A stretch of DNA of 64,000 nucleotides from IMG/VR virus record IMGVR_UViG_3300024308_000302, positions 186,001 to 250,000 of that record; one strand, given 5' to 3'. Made by a program: the position numbers and the translations under genes. This document shows positions 1 to 8,906 of the stretch, one piece after another. How positions within the stretch are numbered: the first letter of the stretch is position 1; each line of letters begins with the position of its first letter. A model generated the notes under the pieces. The model saw only the letters and a program-made list of their open reading frames with translations. It ran no database searches and was not told the DNA's origin.

Positions 1-8
1 GAGAGTTA

Positions 9-464
9 TTAACGGTTCCAATAATTTTCACTATCAACCCAACTGCCGGGTTCAGGTGCTACAGTAGGATATGAATTCAAGTCTTTTGAACAAATTTCAA
101 AAATATCAGTAGTTCCTTGCGTGATTACATGGTTGCCTTTTTGTATACCTGCTGGCATGTTAGTTGGAAAACCATATAAATTATAGCCAATTATAGATCC
201 ATTTAATTGAGCTATCACATTACCCTTTTTATAAGGATATGTATCAGCATTATATTCAGCATAAAAAGTAGTTGAATTAAACGTGCATGGAACAGGTTCT
301 TCTGGGATTACAGGAGTTTCAGTCTCTAAACTTGAAATAATGATTGCATTATTAGGTAAATGTCCACCACGATCAAGTTCTAATGGGATTTTCATTACAA
401 AATCGGCAAAAACAAGCGGGCTTAAAAACAATAATGTTAATGTAAATAGCGATGTCTTTTTCAT
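9..464 (-). CDS. secreted protein, PLExxxGGxLP family member 1
   Basis: Signal peptide ending VFA, then DFVMKIPLELDRGGHLPNNAII, P/E/T linker and a Cys-bounded domain homologous to the three upstream paralogs. Confidence 0.85.
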   Translation of the reverse strand: MKKTSLFTLTLLFLSPLVFADFVMKIPLELDRGGHLPNNAIIISSLETETPVIPEEPVPCTFNSTTFYAEYNADTYPYKKGNVIAQLNGSIIGYNLYGFPTNMPAGIQKGNHVITQGTTDIFEICSKDLNSYPTVAPEPGSWVDSENYWNR

Positions 465-520
465 AATCTTAAAATAGTTATCCTAATAATATTATACACT
501 ATAATATATATATAACAAAT

Positions 521-545
521 AAAAAACCATCATAAGATGGTAATT
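521..545 (-). terminator. intrinsic terminator
   Basis: ACCATC-ATAA-GATGGT hairpin with an A-tract on the left (U-tract on the minus strand). Confidence 0.65.
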
Positions 546-571
546 ATTAAGACAACATATAATTAATATAG

Positions 572-1231
572 TTACAATGCTATATTAACGCCAACAGATT
601 CAAACTCTTGAATGATACCACTATTCCAATCATCACTTGGATTATGAACATCCGCCATACAATTACCATTGCTGGACATATAATACAAATTAGTAACAGT
701 AGCTCCATAACTTGAAGCAATGCCATCAACTGTACTTCTTTTATCCAAGCAAGCAGTTTCAGCAGCATTATCATTACCACCCCATAATGGATGATTTAAT
801 ACTGGTTTAGTATTTAAATTGTCACCACATATTTGATAATAGTTTGCTTGCATAATTGAATTCATTAATTTACCACGCTTAACACCAGAAGGAATCTGTT
901 GAGGATAACCAGCTAAATTATAGCCAATGAGATCACCATTGTAATAATATTCTGTATCGCCAACAGTATAAGGAGTTTCTGGTTTTCCAAGTTTAACAAC
1001 GACAATAAAATCACCATTGTCAGGATTGAAAAGACAATTAGAATCATTATCTGGGTTGCTTTCATTACCGTTACCAATGATAATACTATTATCTGGTAAA
1101 CGACCACCATTAAGAACTTCCAAAGGAACTTTAGCAGTATAAGTAGCTGCAAAAGATAATGGTGTTATCAATACAGTGAGAAGCATTATTTGTTTTGTTA
1201 TATTCATAAAAGAAAAGATATAATTATTCAA
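572..1231 (-). CDS. secreted protein, PLExxxGGxLP family member 2 (start possibly 1207)
   Basis: Signal peptide ending SFA; TYTAKVPLEVLNGGRLPDNSIII; two Cys-pair domains. Confidence 0.88.
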   Translation of the reverse strand: MNNYIFSFMNITKQIMLLTVLITPLSFAATYTAKVPLEVLNGGRLPDNSIIIGNGNESNPDNDSNCLFNPDNGDFIVVVKLGKPETPYTVGDTEYYYNGDLIGYNLAGYPQQIPSGVKRGKLMNSIMQANYYQICGDNLNTKPVLNHPLWGGNDNAAETACLDKRSTVDGIASSYGATVTNLYYMSSNGNCMADVHNPSDDWNSGIIQEFESVGVNIAL

Positions 1232-1264
1232 TAATATTTTAATATATCACAAAGGATAGTCAAT

Positions 1265-1288
1265 AAAAAAACATCCGAAGATGTTTTT
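1265..1288. terminator. intrinsic terminator
   Basis: AAAAAAACATC-CGAA-GATGTTTTT; UUCG loop on the minus strand. Confidence 0.8.
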
Positions 1289-1296
1289 ATTTTTGA

Positions 1297-1908
1297 TTAC
1301 ATACCAATACCAATACCAATTTCATTAAAATCATGTACAATACCATCCCAACCACCTTCTGGATACCTAACATCTGCCATACAATTACCACTGATGTAAT
1401 ATAACCCAGTAACAATCGTTCCATAATTTGCAGCAATAGCATCAGCTTCTGATCTCTTATTTAGACAAGCTTGTTGTTGAGGATCTGACGGAATACTTGG
1501 AAGCCCAGGTGGTGGTACGGCAGGATAGCTACCTAAGTTATCACCACAAATCTCATAAAGTTCACCATATTCATCAGTTGACATGAATTTACCAGCAGAT
1601 AGACCTGCTGGAACATTAACACCATCTTCTGTTGAATAACCAATGAGGTTAGAATTATATGAATAATAAGTTCCACTCTCTTCTATAATGACAAAAGTAC
1701 CAGAATTTTCATCATAATTATATTCACAATTACCTAATTCTGGAGTAGTTGGTTTAGGCGATGAAACATCACCAATGATAATGCTATTGTTTGGTAATCT
1801 GCCACCATTATTGACTTCTAATGGAATTTTAGCAATATAATCAGCAAAAGAAAAGTTTAAAGAAGCTATTAATGCAGCAAATAGAAGAGGTTTTTTTATA
1901 TTTATCAT
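1297..1908 (-). CDS. secreted protein, PLExxxGGxLP family member 3
   Basis: Signal peptide ending SFA; DYIAKIPLEVNNGGRLPNNSIII; same Cys pattern as members 2 and 4. Confidence 0.88.
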   Translation of the reverse strand: MINIKKPLLFAALIASLNFSFADYIAKIPLEVNNGGRLPNNSIIIGDVSSPKPTTPELGNCEYNYDENSGTFVIIEESGTYYSYNSNLIGYSTEDGVNVPAGLSAGKFMSTDEYGELYEICGDNLGSYPAVPPPGLPSIPSDPQQQACLNKRSEADAIAANYGTIVTGLYYISGNCMADVRYPEGGWDGIVHDFNEIGIGIGM

Positions 1909-1975
1909 TATATAAGTAATTGTTTTAATTAAATAATACTATGAGTTACATACAAGTCAATATATTTACAAAAAT

Positions 1976-1999
1976 AAAAAAGCCCCGAAGGGCCATTTT
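1976..1999 (-). terminator. intrinsic terminator (short stem)
   Basis: AAAAAAGCCC-CGAA-GGGC directly after the stop of 2007..2678. Confidence 0.6.
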
Positions 2000-2006
2000 A
2001 GAAAAG

Positions 2007-2678
2007 TTACATAGGAGTTCCTACACCAATTGCATTCAATTCATTAATAACATCATCGCGTGCTTGACCAGAAGGAAGATTGTAATCCGCAGTACAATAA
2101 ACAACATCACTGTCAGTATCCAAGTAAGCACTTAAATTTCTAAGTGTTGATCCATAACTTTCAATAATGCTTCTAACTTGAGGTTCTTTGTCATAACATG
2201 CAGTAATTCGAGGGTCTTCTGGTTCAGGCTCAGGCTCACCAAGATTAGGGGGCGTTACAGTCTCAAATGATGACAAATCATTAGCACAGATTTCAGAATA
2301 ATTAGCTCCAGTTTCAACATCAGTAAACATAACTTTACCACTACTAACACCGGCTGGAACATATGCAGGATACCCAGCTATATTGTAACCAATAAATTGA
2401 CCATTATATAAATATATTGTATCACCCGGAGCAAAAGGAATAAATGGATCTGACAAAGTGAATCTCACAACACTTGTGCCATTATAACGATCATATGCAC
2501 AGTTTCCCACTGGTGTTTCTGGATTAGTAGGTGTTGATGAACCATCACCTATTACAATACTACCTGTAGGCAAACTGCCACCTTGAAGGACTTCAAGAGG
2601 TATTTTAGCTGTATAACCAGCAAAAGAGTAAATTGGGATAATTGCAAGTGCAATTAATGTGAGTTTTTTGATTGACAT
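2007..2678 (-). CDS. secreted protein, PLExxxGGxLP family member 4
   Basis: Signal peptide ending SFA; GYTAKIPLEVLQGGSLPTGSIVI; PEPEPE linker before a second Cys domain. Confidence 0.88.
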   Translation of the reverse strand: MSIKKLTLIALAIIPIYSFAGYTAKIPLEVLQGGSLPTGSIVIGDGSSTPTNPETPVGNCAYDRYNGTSVVRFTLSDPFIPFAPGDTIYLYNGQFIGYNIAGYPAYVPAGVSSGKVMFTDVETGANYSEICANDLSSFETVTPPNLGEPEPEPEDPRITACYDKEPQVRSIIESYGSTLRNLSAYLDTDSDVVYCTADYNLPSGQARDDVINELNAIGVGTPM

Positions 2679-2766
2679 ATAAATAACATTATAATATTAG
2701 TTACCTAAAATATTAATCGATATTAGATATAAGTCAATGTCATATCCATAAATAAAGTTAACTGAA

Positions 2767-2991
2767 TTATTCTGTCAAAACTTGATTTCCATTTTTTTCA
2801 ACATAAGCATCAAAGATTGTACAAAGCTCATCAGACCAGCCATAAGCATTACCGATACCTTTATAAATATCCAATGTTTTTTGCTCATAGAAAGGAATGA
2901 TTGAATCACGCTCCATCATTGATAAAACAGAGTTATAGTCATAACCTAATGTTTCAGCAAAAGAAGCCACATCAGAAATAGAATTAAGCAT
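2767..2991 (-). CDS. small acidic hypothetical protein
   Basis: GGAG RBS upstream of ATG; 74 aa. Confidence 0.75.
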   Translation of the reverse strand: MLNSISDVASFAETLGYDYNSVLSMMERDSIIPFYEQKTLDIYKGIGNAYGWSDELCTIFDAYVEKNGNQVLTE

Positions 2992-3175
2992 AAATAAGTC
3001 TCCATAAAGAAACTAAGTATATCAAAAATTTAAAAAAATAGCTATCATTTAAATGGCCATTAATGACCAATTACCAATAATAAATCGTTATAAATGGTTG
3101 TATGTGGTTTATTAAAAGATTGTTTAAAAGAGAAAAATGTGATAAAATAAAGCAAATTAGAGTCGAGGTCATTGT

Positions 3176-4018
3176 ATGAAGCATTATGAACATGTCCAAA
3201 TTTTTGAATTTGATAAGCTCAATTATGAAAGTATTGAAAACAAAATAAATGCATCAAAAATGGACATCAAGTTTGATATTGATATTTTAAAATCAATTAT
3301 GACTTCATTCAAAGAAGAATTTTTGGTATCTCAAAAAGAAGATATTTCTATATTTGTAACTATTCAAATCACTAATAAAACAAAAAAAGAAATTTATATA
3401 GAATTCGATTCAAAAGAAGTGATTGCTCCACATATATCAATAATTAAAAAGAAATATGAAATAACAAAACGTCTTGATGAATTTAAACACGAAAATCCAA
3501 AAAAAATGTTTATTGGATTCATGGATAAATTAATGGGTGAAGAAACATGTAGTTTAAGTGATAAGAATTACGAAGTTATAAGCCATGATACAAATAAAAA
3601 AATTCCTATTATTTTGAAAAATGCAAAATGGATAGAAAAACTAATAAAAAGCCCAGATAAATTATATACTTCAATTATTAAAAACGGAATTTATACACAT
3701 GAAAAAAGAGTTACTTCTGGAATGTTCCTTATTGACTATAACAAATATGTAATCAGAGTAAGGACTAAACTTAAACACGAAGTGCTAAACACAAAAGAAT
3801 CTGTATTATGTATTAAGATGGAATTATCATCACCAATATACTGTGAAATTACAATTTACGATCAAACTATTGTGATATATAAAAAGGATCTTGATAAAAT
3901 AAAGATTACTAATGTACAAAAGGCAATCTGTGCATTAATGGCAATGAAAGGTTTTGAGATAGATAGTTTTGAAGAGTTTTATGATGTATTGTTAATTGAA
4001 GAAATGAAACTTATCTAA
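3176..4018 (+). CDS. hypothetical protein, C-terminal M(-4) signature family (subgroup B)
   Basis: GAGG RBS; ends DVLLIEEMKLI; N-terminus resembles 37448..38281 and 43693..44514. Confidence 0.85.
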   Translation: MKHYEHVQIFEFDKLNYESIENKINASKMDIKFDIDILKSIMTSFKEEFLVSQKEDISIFVTIQITNKTKKEIYIEFDSKEVIAPHISIIKKKYEITKRLDEFKHENPKKMFIGFMDKLMGEETCSLSDKNYEVISHDTNKKIPIILKNAKWIEKLIKSPDKLYTSIIKNGIYTHEKRVTSGMFLIDYNKYVIRVRTKLKHEVLNTKESVLCIKMELSSPIYCEITIYDQTIVIYKKDLDKIKITNVQKAICALMAMKGFEIDSFEEFYDVLLIEEMKLI

Positions 4019-4035
4019 TTAGTTTAAACAAAAAC

Positions 4036-4064
4036 AAAAAAAAGAGCCGTGAGGCTCTTTTCTT
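4036..4064. terminator. bidirectional intrinsic terminator
   Basis: AAAAAAGAGCC-GTGA-GGCTCTTTT between convergent genes. Confidence 0.85.
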
Positions 4065-5459
4065 TTACTCTTTATCTAACAAAGTTGACATCAATCCAAT
4101 TGGTCGTCCAGTGGAACCATTATGGTCACTTGTACCAGCAATGTCTAAATGAACCCATTTTTCTTTTGGAGCAAATTCACGAAGGAAAACAGCACCATTA
4201 GTAGCACCAGCACCTTGACCTAAGCAAAGGTTATTTAAGTCTGCTACATCACTATCCAAGAAGTGTTTATAATCATCACTCAATGGAAGTCTCCATACAG
4301 TATCACCTGACTCAATGCCTGCTTCAATAAACAGTGCTGACAACTCATCATCTTCTGTAAATAAACCAGAGTGAACATGGCCAATAGCAGAAATAACAGC
4401 ACCAGTTAGCGTTGCAAAGTCAACAGTCAATGCACCATTGAATGTTTGAGCATGACAAAGAGCATCAGCAAGAACAAGACGGCCTTCTGCATCAGTATCT
4501 TCTACTTCAATAGTTTTTCCATTTTTTGCAGTAATAACATCACCCGGTTTCAAAGCACCTGCATCTGGCATATTTTCACAAGTTGCAATGATAGCAACAA
4601 CATTCTTTTTGGAATTAGTACGAATTGCATAAAGCAAAGTACCAAGAACGGTTGCAGCACCACCCATGTCACCTTTCATACGGCCCATGCCCTTCGATGG
4701 TTTGATAGAGATACCACCAGAATCAAAAGTAAGACCTTTACCAACTAAGACAATAGGATCATCACCTTCTTTGCCACCATTGTATTCAATAGTTAATAGG
4801 TGTCCTTCTTCTACTGAGCCTTTTGATACAGCATACAAAGATCCATAACCTTTTTCTTCAAGTTCTTTTCCACTTACAACAGAGACTTTAGTTTTATTAC
4901 TAAGTCCTGCAACTCGCTTGCCTTCTTCAACCAAAACAGTTGGGGTAAGATAATTTGATGGCATATCAATCAATTTCTTTTTAAGAAGAATTGCTTCTGC
5001 TAATGCAACGCCAAAAGACAGGTCTTTTTCAAAAGCTCCAATATCAGAAGAATCATTAAAAAGCAACGAAATATTTTTAGGTGTTACAGCAGTAGTGTTT
5101 GTTTTTGCTGACCAAGGAACAGAATTTTTAACAACAATAGATGATACAAGTTTTTTCATATCAATCAAATCTGAAATTACACAAATATCAGTAATATTTG
5201 ATGGTAATTTACTGATAGCGTTACCAATGGCATCTTCTACTTTTTTAGAATTTTTAGATAAGTGAACAAATGAGTAGTAAACACCAGAATAAAAAATAGA
5301 AAAATCTGATTTATCCAAATACTGGGTCAAATCTTTAGGAATATCAGGGTGAATATCAATCCCATCTTCACTAGATGAAAAAGTCGTTACAATTGCTTGT
5401 GATTTTGAAATGGCAGTAACGATTGAAACAGAAATGTTATTAAATTTATTGTCTAGCAT
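4065..5459 (-). CDS. pepA: M17 family leucyl aminopeptidase
   Basis: Motifs LVGKGLTFDSGG, MKGDMGGAA, DTDAEGRLVLAD, ATLTGA, WVHLDIAG; AGGAG RBS. Confidence 0.95.
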   Translation of the reverse strand: MLDNKFNNISVSIVTAISKSQAIVTTFSSSEDGIDIHPDIPKDLTQYLDKSDFSIFYSGVYYSFVHLSKNSKKVEDAIGNAISKLPSNITDICVISDLIDMKKLVSSIVVKNSVPWSAKTNTTAVTPKNISLLFNDSSDIGAFEKDLSFGVALAEAILLKKKLIDMPSNYLTPTVLVEEGKRVAGLSNKTKVSVVSGKELEEKGYGSLYAVSKGSVEEGHLLTIEYNGGKEGDDPIVLVGKGLTFDSGGISIKPSKGMGRMKGDMGGAATVLGTLLYAIRTNSKKNVVAIIATCENMPDAGALKPGDVITAKNGKTIEVEDTDAEGRLVLADALCHAQTFNGALTVDFATLTGAVISAIGHVHSGLFTEDDELSALFIEAGIESGDTVWRLPLSDDYKHFLDSDVADLNNLCLGQGAGATNGAVFLREFAPKEKWVHLDIAGTSDHNGSTGRPIGLMSTLLDKE

Positions 5460-5540
5460 ATAATCTCCTATAAATGCACAAGTATTCTACAGAAAAAAAA
5501 TGAAAACATCAAGAAATAAAAAACAATATAAGTGTAATTG

Positions 5541-5557
5541 GTGGTTATAATAACCAC
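5541..5557. promoter_or_regulatory. 17-bp perfect palindrome (candidate operator) overlapping a TATAAT
   Basis: GTGGTTAT-A-ATAACCAC in the divergent intergenic region upstream of pepA. Confidence 0.4.
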
Positions 5558-5755
5558 AAAAAAACATGCATTGTCTCTTTAAAATTGACAATTATGGTTA
5601 ATATAATTCGATTGGTAATCACACCATTACTATTGAGAAAAAAGGATTTTTTTAGTGTTTACATGTATAAAAAAAAGATTATAGTGTAAAAATATACTTA
5701 TACATATTAACTAATATTGTATAAGATATTAATTCATTTAAATATAAAAGGTTTT

Positions 5756-6109
5756 ATGAAAAAGTTAATAACAATTATCATAGTTATATCAATAATAAGT
5801 GTGTACTACATAGTACAGATGCCATTAAAAAAATATAAAGATGGTTCATTGGAAACTGAAAGCATAACAAACAGTTATAATACCTTAAAAATAACAACTT
5901 GTTTATATTCAAAACAAAACCATAATTGGAAAGTTAATAAAAAAACACAATCATCAAGTATAGTTTGGGATGAAATTAATGTTGTAAGTGATTTACCAAA
6001 AGGATTAAAAACTTATGTAGATGATGATGGAGTCAATTATATTAAAAATGGTTTACATAAAGACGTAGATGATACATATGAATGGTATGAAGTATGTAGA
6101 ACAAAATAA
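5756..6109 (+). CDS. divergent member of the PLExxxGGxLP secreted/membrane family (start refined to MKKLITII)
   Basis: Hydrophobic N-terminus; YYIVQMPLKKYKDGSLETESI is a degenerate motif; C-terminal YIKNGL...WYEVCRTK parallels YSKGAL...LYTICRDKI of the next gene. Confidence 0.75.
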   Translation: MKKLITIIIVISIISVYYIVQMPLKKYKDGSLETESITNSYNTLKITTCLYSKQNHNWKVNKKTQSSSIVWDEINVVSDLPKGLKTYVDDDGVNYIKNGLHKDVDDTYEWYEVCRTK

Positions 6110-6136
6110 AAATAAAAAAGATTAAAGGAGACTATT

Positions 6137-6523
6137 ATGAATAAAAAAATATTACTTACACTTATTATCTCGATAATAACTTATGCGGCAAACGCAGAAT
6201 ACTTAGCAACTTTTCCATTAGAAGCGAATAATGGTGGTACATTACCAAATGGAAGTATCAATATCGTTAAAAATGAAGCTCACGAACCAACAGAAGAACG
6301 TTGTCAATATGTATACAGCGACACATTGTCAGGAACTAGTGCATGGGCGTACAGAACCGCTGGAGCAAGAACTACATTAAGGTGGAATAAAGAAGAAGTA
6401 TTGCCACTATCAATAAATATACCTGATGAGATAACAATTAATGGATATAAATATTCAAAAGGGGCATTACAAACGCAATCAGGAGGGTATACATTATATA
6501 CAATATGCAGAGACAAAATATGA
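6137..6523 (+). CDS. secreted protein, PLExxxGGxLP family member
   Basis: AGGGAG RBS; signal peptide ending ANA; EYLATFPLEANNGGTLPNGSINI. Confidence 0.88.
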   Translation: MNKKILLTLIISIITYAANAEYLATFPLEANNGGTLPNGSINIVKNEAHEPTEERCQYVYSDTLSGTSAWAYRTAGARTTLRWNKEEVLPLSINIPDEITINGYKYSKGALQTQSGGYTLYTICRDKI

Positions 6524-6543
6524 AAATATCATTTTATTGAAAT

Positions 6544-6574
6544 AAAAATAGTGCTTTCGAAAGCACTATTTTTT
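6544..6574. terminator. bidirectional intrinsic terminator
   Basis: AAAATAGTGCTT-TCGA-AAGCACTATTTT between convergent genes. Confidence 0.85.
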
Positions 6575-6595
6575 ATTCAATAAACTAGATAATAA

Positions 6596-7063
6596 TTATT
6601 CTGTTGATTGACCATAACTAACTGCAGTGATAGAGTTCTTTGGACTGCCATCAATAAGATGATCGGAGAAAGTGAGATAAATTAGCATTTTACGCTCTTT
6701 GTCAATAAATCTAACAACATGCAATTCTTTGAAAAGAATTGAACGTTTTGCAGAAAACACTTCTTGACCATTCTTTAAACCATCATCAAAAGAGATAGGC
6801 CCAGTCTTACGGCAAGCCACACCAGCATCAGAAGAATCAGCACTCAAACCAATAGCCCCGCCTACTCCACCACGTTTAGAGCTTGAAAGATAACAAGCTA
6901 CACCTTTGACTGCTGGGTCATCAAAAGCTGTCACAACAATCTTGTCATTTGGGCCGACCATTTGAAAAGAAGTGGAGACTTCACCAATCACTTCTGAGCC
7001 AAATGCAATGGCAGAAGACAGTACAAGAGCAATAGCAACGGCAGTTTTCTTCAAGAACATCAT
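6596..7063 (-). CDS. creA: CreA family periplasmic protein
   Basis: Signal peptide; DKIVVTAFDDPAVKGVACYLS, SDAGVACRKTGPI, EVFSAKRSILFKELHVVRF, LIDGSPKNS match the CreA pattern. Confidence 0.92.
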   Translation of the reverse strand: MMFLKKTAVAIALVLSSAIAFGSEVIGEVSTSFQMVGPNDKIVVTAFDDPAVKGVACYLSSSKRGGVGGAIGLSADSSDAGVACRKTGPISFDDGLKNGQEVFSAKRSILFKELHVVRFIDKERKMLIYLTFSDHLIDGSPKNSITAVSYGQSTE

Positions 7064-7105
7064 GTATCTCCTATTGAATTAAGACAATATAATAGCAAAT
7101 AGCAA

Positions 7106-7486
7106 TTAATTAATCAAGCACATTTCTTGATTTGAGAACTGTTTAGAGAAGGTTTCCAGTGTATCACCTATAATAAAACGAACACCCAATGAAGCAGATG
7201 GAGTCATAATGATAAGTAATTGAATAAGATCTGTTTCAATATGTTTCAATTCTTGTAAAGATTCTTTAGACTCTCCAAAAGATCCATATAAGCTAATAAC
7301 ACGGTTGTCTTCTACACTCTCTATATTTATTTCATTAATAAAAGCATCTCTTTCGTAATAAGAGTTAACATTATATATATAAAAATCTGATAGCTCTAAC
7401 GTCTCCTGAATATAAGTGCAAACCTCATATAATACTGCAATTTGCTTATCTCGTAACTCTGTAAATTTTGCCTCAATGAAATTCAT
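7106..7486 (-). CDS. hypothetical protein
   Basis: AGGGG RBS; 126 aa open frame. Confidence 0.75.
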   Translation of the reverse strand: MNFIEAKFTELRDKQIAVLYEVCTYIQETLELSDFYIYNVNSYYERDAFINEINIESVEDNRVISLYGSFGESKESLQELKHIETDLIQLLIIMTPSASLGVRFIIGDTLETFSKQFSNQEMCLIN

Positions 7487-7573
7487 ATTTTATCCCCTGT
7501 AATCTAATATATAGATAATAGCAAATTTTTATTTAAAATCAACATTTTTTAGACAAAATGATTAAAAGATATA

Positions 7574-7602
7574 TTGTTAAGTTTGACAGTTTTTGGTATA
7601 AT
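7574..7602 (+). promoter_or_regulatory. sigma70-type promoter (extended -10)
   Basis: TTGTTA-17 nt-TATAAT with TG at -15/-14, upstream of 7628. Confidence 0.6.
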
Positions 7603-7627
7603 CGGAACAAATTAACTGGAGATATCG

Positions 7628-8884
7628 ATGGATAGGATATGGTATCAAAAATTCGCGTTAACTATAATGGAAAATATGTTAGATATATCAAGCATTATAA
7701 ATGACAACCGAAAGTTCGAAAAAACAACAAATACTACAAATACTACATATACAAGTGTTCAGGCATTCGAAGATAAACATGAAATAGGCCGCTATAAATA
7801 TGTAATTGAATTTGTTTTAAAAGAACAATGTAATATATATAAAACAAAAGCAAATCAAAAGGAATTAATTGTAAGCTCACATTGTTACAGTTCTGATATA
7901 ATTAAAGACCTTTCCTTATGGAAAAAAGAAGATTTAATAGATAAGGTAAGCATTTATAAAGTATCATTATTGGAAAATTTTTTTAATGATCTAAATATTA
8001 AACAATACAGTTATATAACTGATTTATTAAAAGAAGATTTAAAAAAGTATGAATTTTCAATTAAAAGTAATCTTGAAGTTATTTTCAACGGGGCTGAAAA
8101 TTTCAAAAAATCTATATCATTGGAAGATTCTGATTTTAACTATGCTAAATACAGTATAAATAATAAAACAATTGTAGCATATAATAATGGTGCAAGGGGC
8201 CAACCATTGTTAATCATTTATGAAAACGATGACAATAAAAATATCAGAGTTCTTTGTGAATATGGGGATAAGATAGACAAATTATTCAATAAAAAGGATA
8301 AATGTTACAGTAAATACAGTGATATTGTAAAATATTGCCTTGAAAATAGTCCTGTATCTATAGTCATTAAAGATGATGAAGTTAAAATATTAGATGAACC
8401 CTATCAAATATTAGAAGCATATCATGCTGCCAAAGCATTAATACGTAAATTTAAATTGGTAAAAAAAGTTCAATATAACAAAGAAAATTTAAAAGAATTG
8501 TTACAATATTCAATTTACCCATCAATAAATGCTCTACTTACACATGGTATGTGGTCAGTAAATGGTATTTGGAATATAAATGAAAACAATGAATACTATT
8601 TTGAATTTAAAGATGACGATATGAACGATATAATTAATGATATTTCATATGATCAAAAGTTGCAATTTAGATATGAAACAAATGAGAGTATTAATGCTGT
8701 AAAAAATAAATCAATTATGAAAACTTTGCCTAATGGAATTATTAAACAAGATTGGTTAAATTTAATTATTGATTCTTATGTATATTATATCAACAATAAC
8801 AATAACTTCAAAGTTAATTCTGTAAAAAGTAATGATATTAAGAGAGTAGAGAAATACTTAAAAACAAATAGATATATAAAATAA
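7628..8884 (+). CDS. hypothetical protein
   Basis: GGAG RBS; 418 aa A-rich frame. Confidence 0.8.
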   Translation: MDRIWYQKFALTIMENMLDISSIINDNRKFEKTTNTTNTTYTSVQAFEDKHEIGRYKYVIEFVLKEQCNIYKTKANQKELIVSSHCYSSDIIKDLSLWKKEDLIDKVSIYKVSLLENFFNDLNIKQYSYITDLLKEDLKKYEFSIKSNLEVIFNGAENFKKSISLEDSDFNYAKYSINNKTIVAYNNGARGQPLLIIYENDDNKNIRVLCEYGDKIDKLFNKKDKCYSKYSDIVKYCLENSPVSIVIKDDEVKILDEPYQILEAYHAAKALIRKFKLVKKVQYNKENLKELLQYSIYPSINALLTHGMWSVNGIWNINENNEYYFEFKDDDMNDIINDISYDQKLQFRYETNESINAVKNKSIMKTLPNGIIKQDWLNLIIDSYVYYINNNNNFKVNSVKSNDIKRVEKYLKTNRYIK

Positions 8885-8906
8885 AGGGAGCCGAAGCTCC
8901 CTTTTT
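8883..8906. terminator. bidirectional intrinsic terminator
   Basis: AAAGGGAGC-CGAA-GCTCCCTTT touching both convergent stop codons. Confidence 0.85.

Noticed and set aside
9-2678. Shufflon or diversity-generating retroelement behind the tandem secreted paralogs
   Set aside because: Each paralog is a complete gene with its own signal peptide. There are no inverted sfx-like repeats, recombinase, reverse transcriptase or near-identical template/variable repeat pair differing at adenines.
7725-7750. Short tandem repeat ACAAATACT x2 (TTNTTNT); also EPEPEPE codons near 2220
   Set aside because: Two to three units of low-complexity coding sequence; too short to support a contingency locus.
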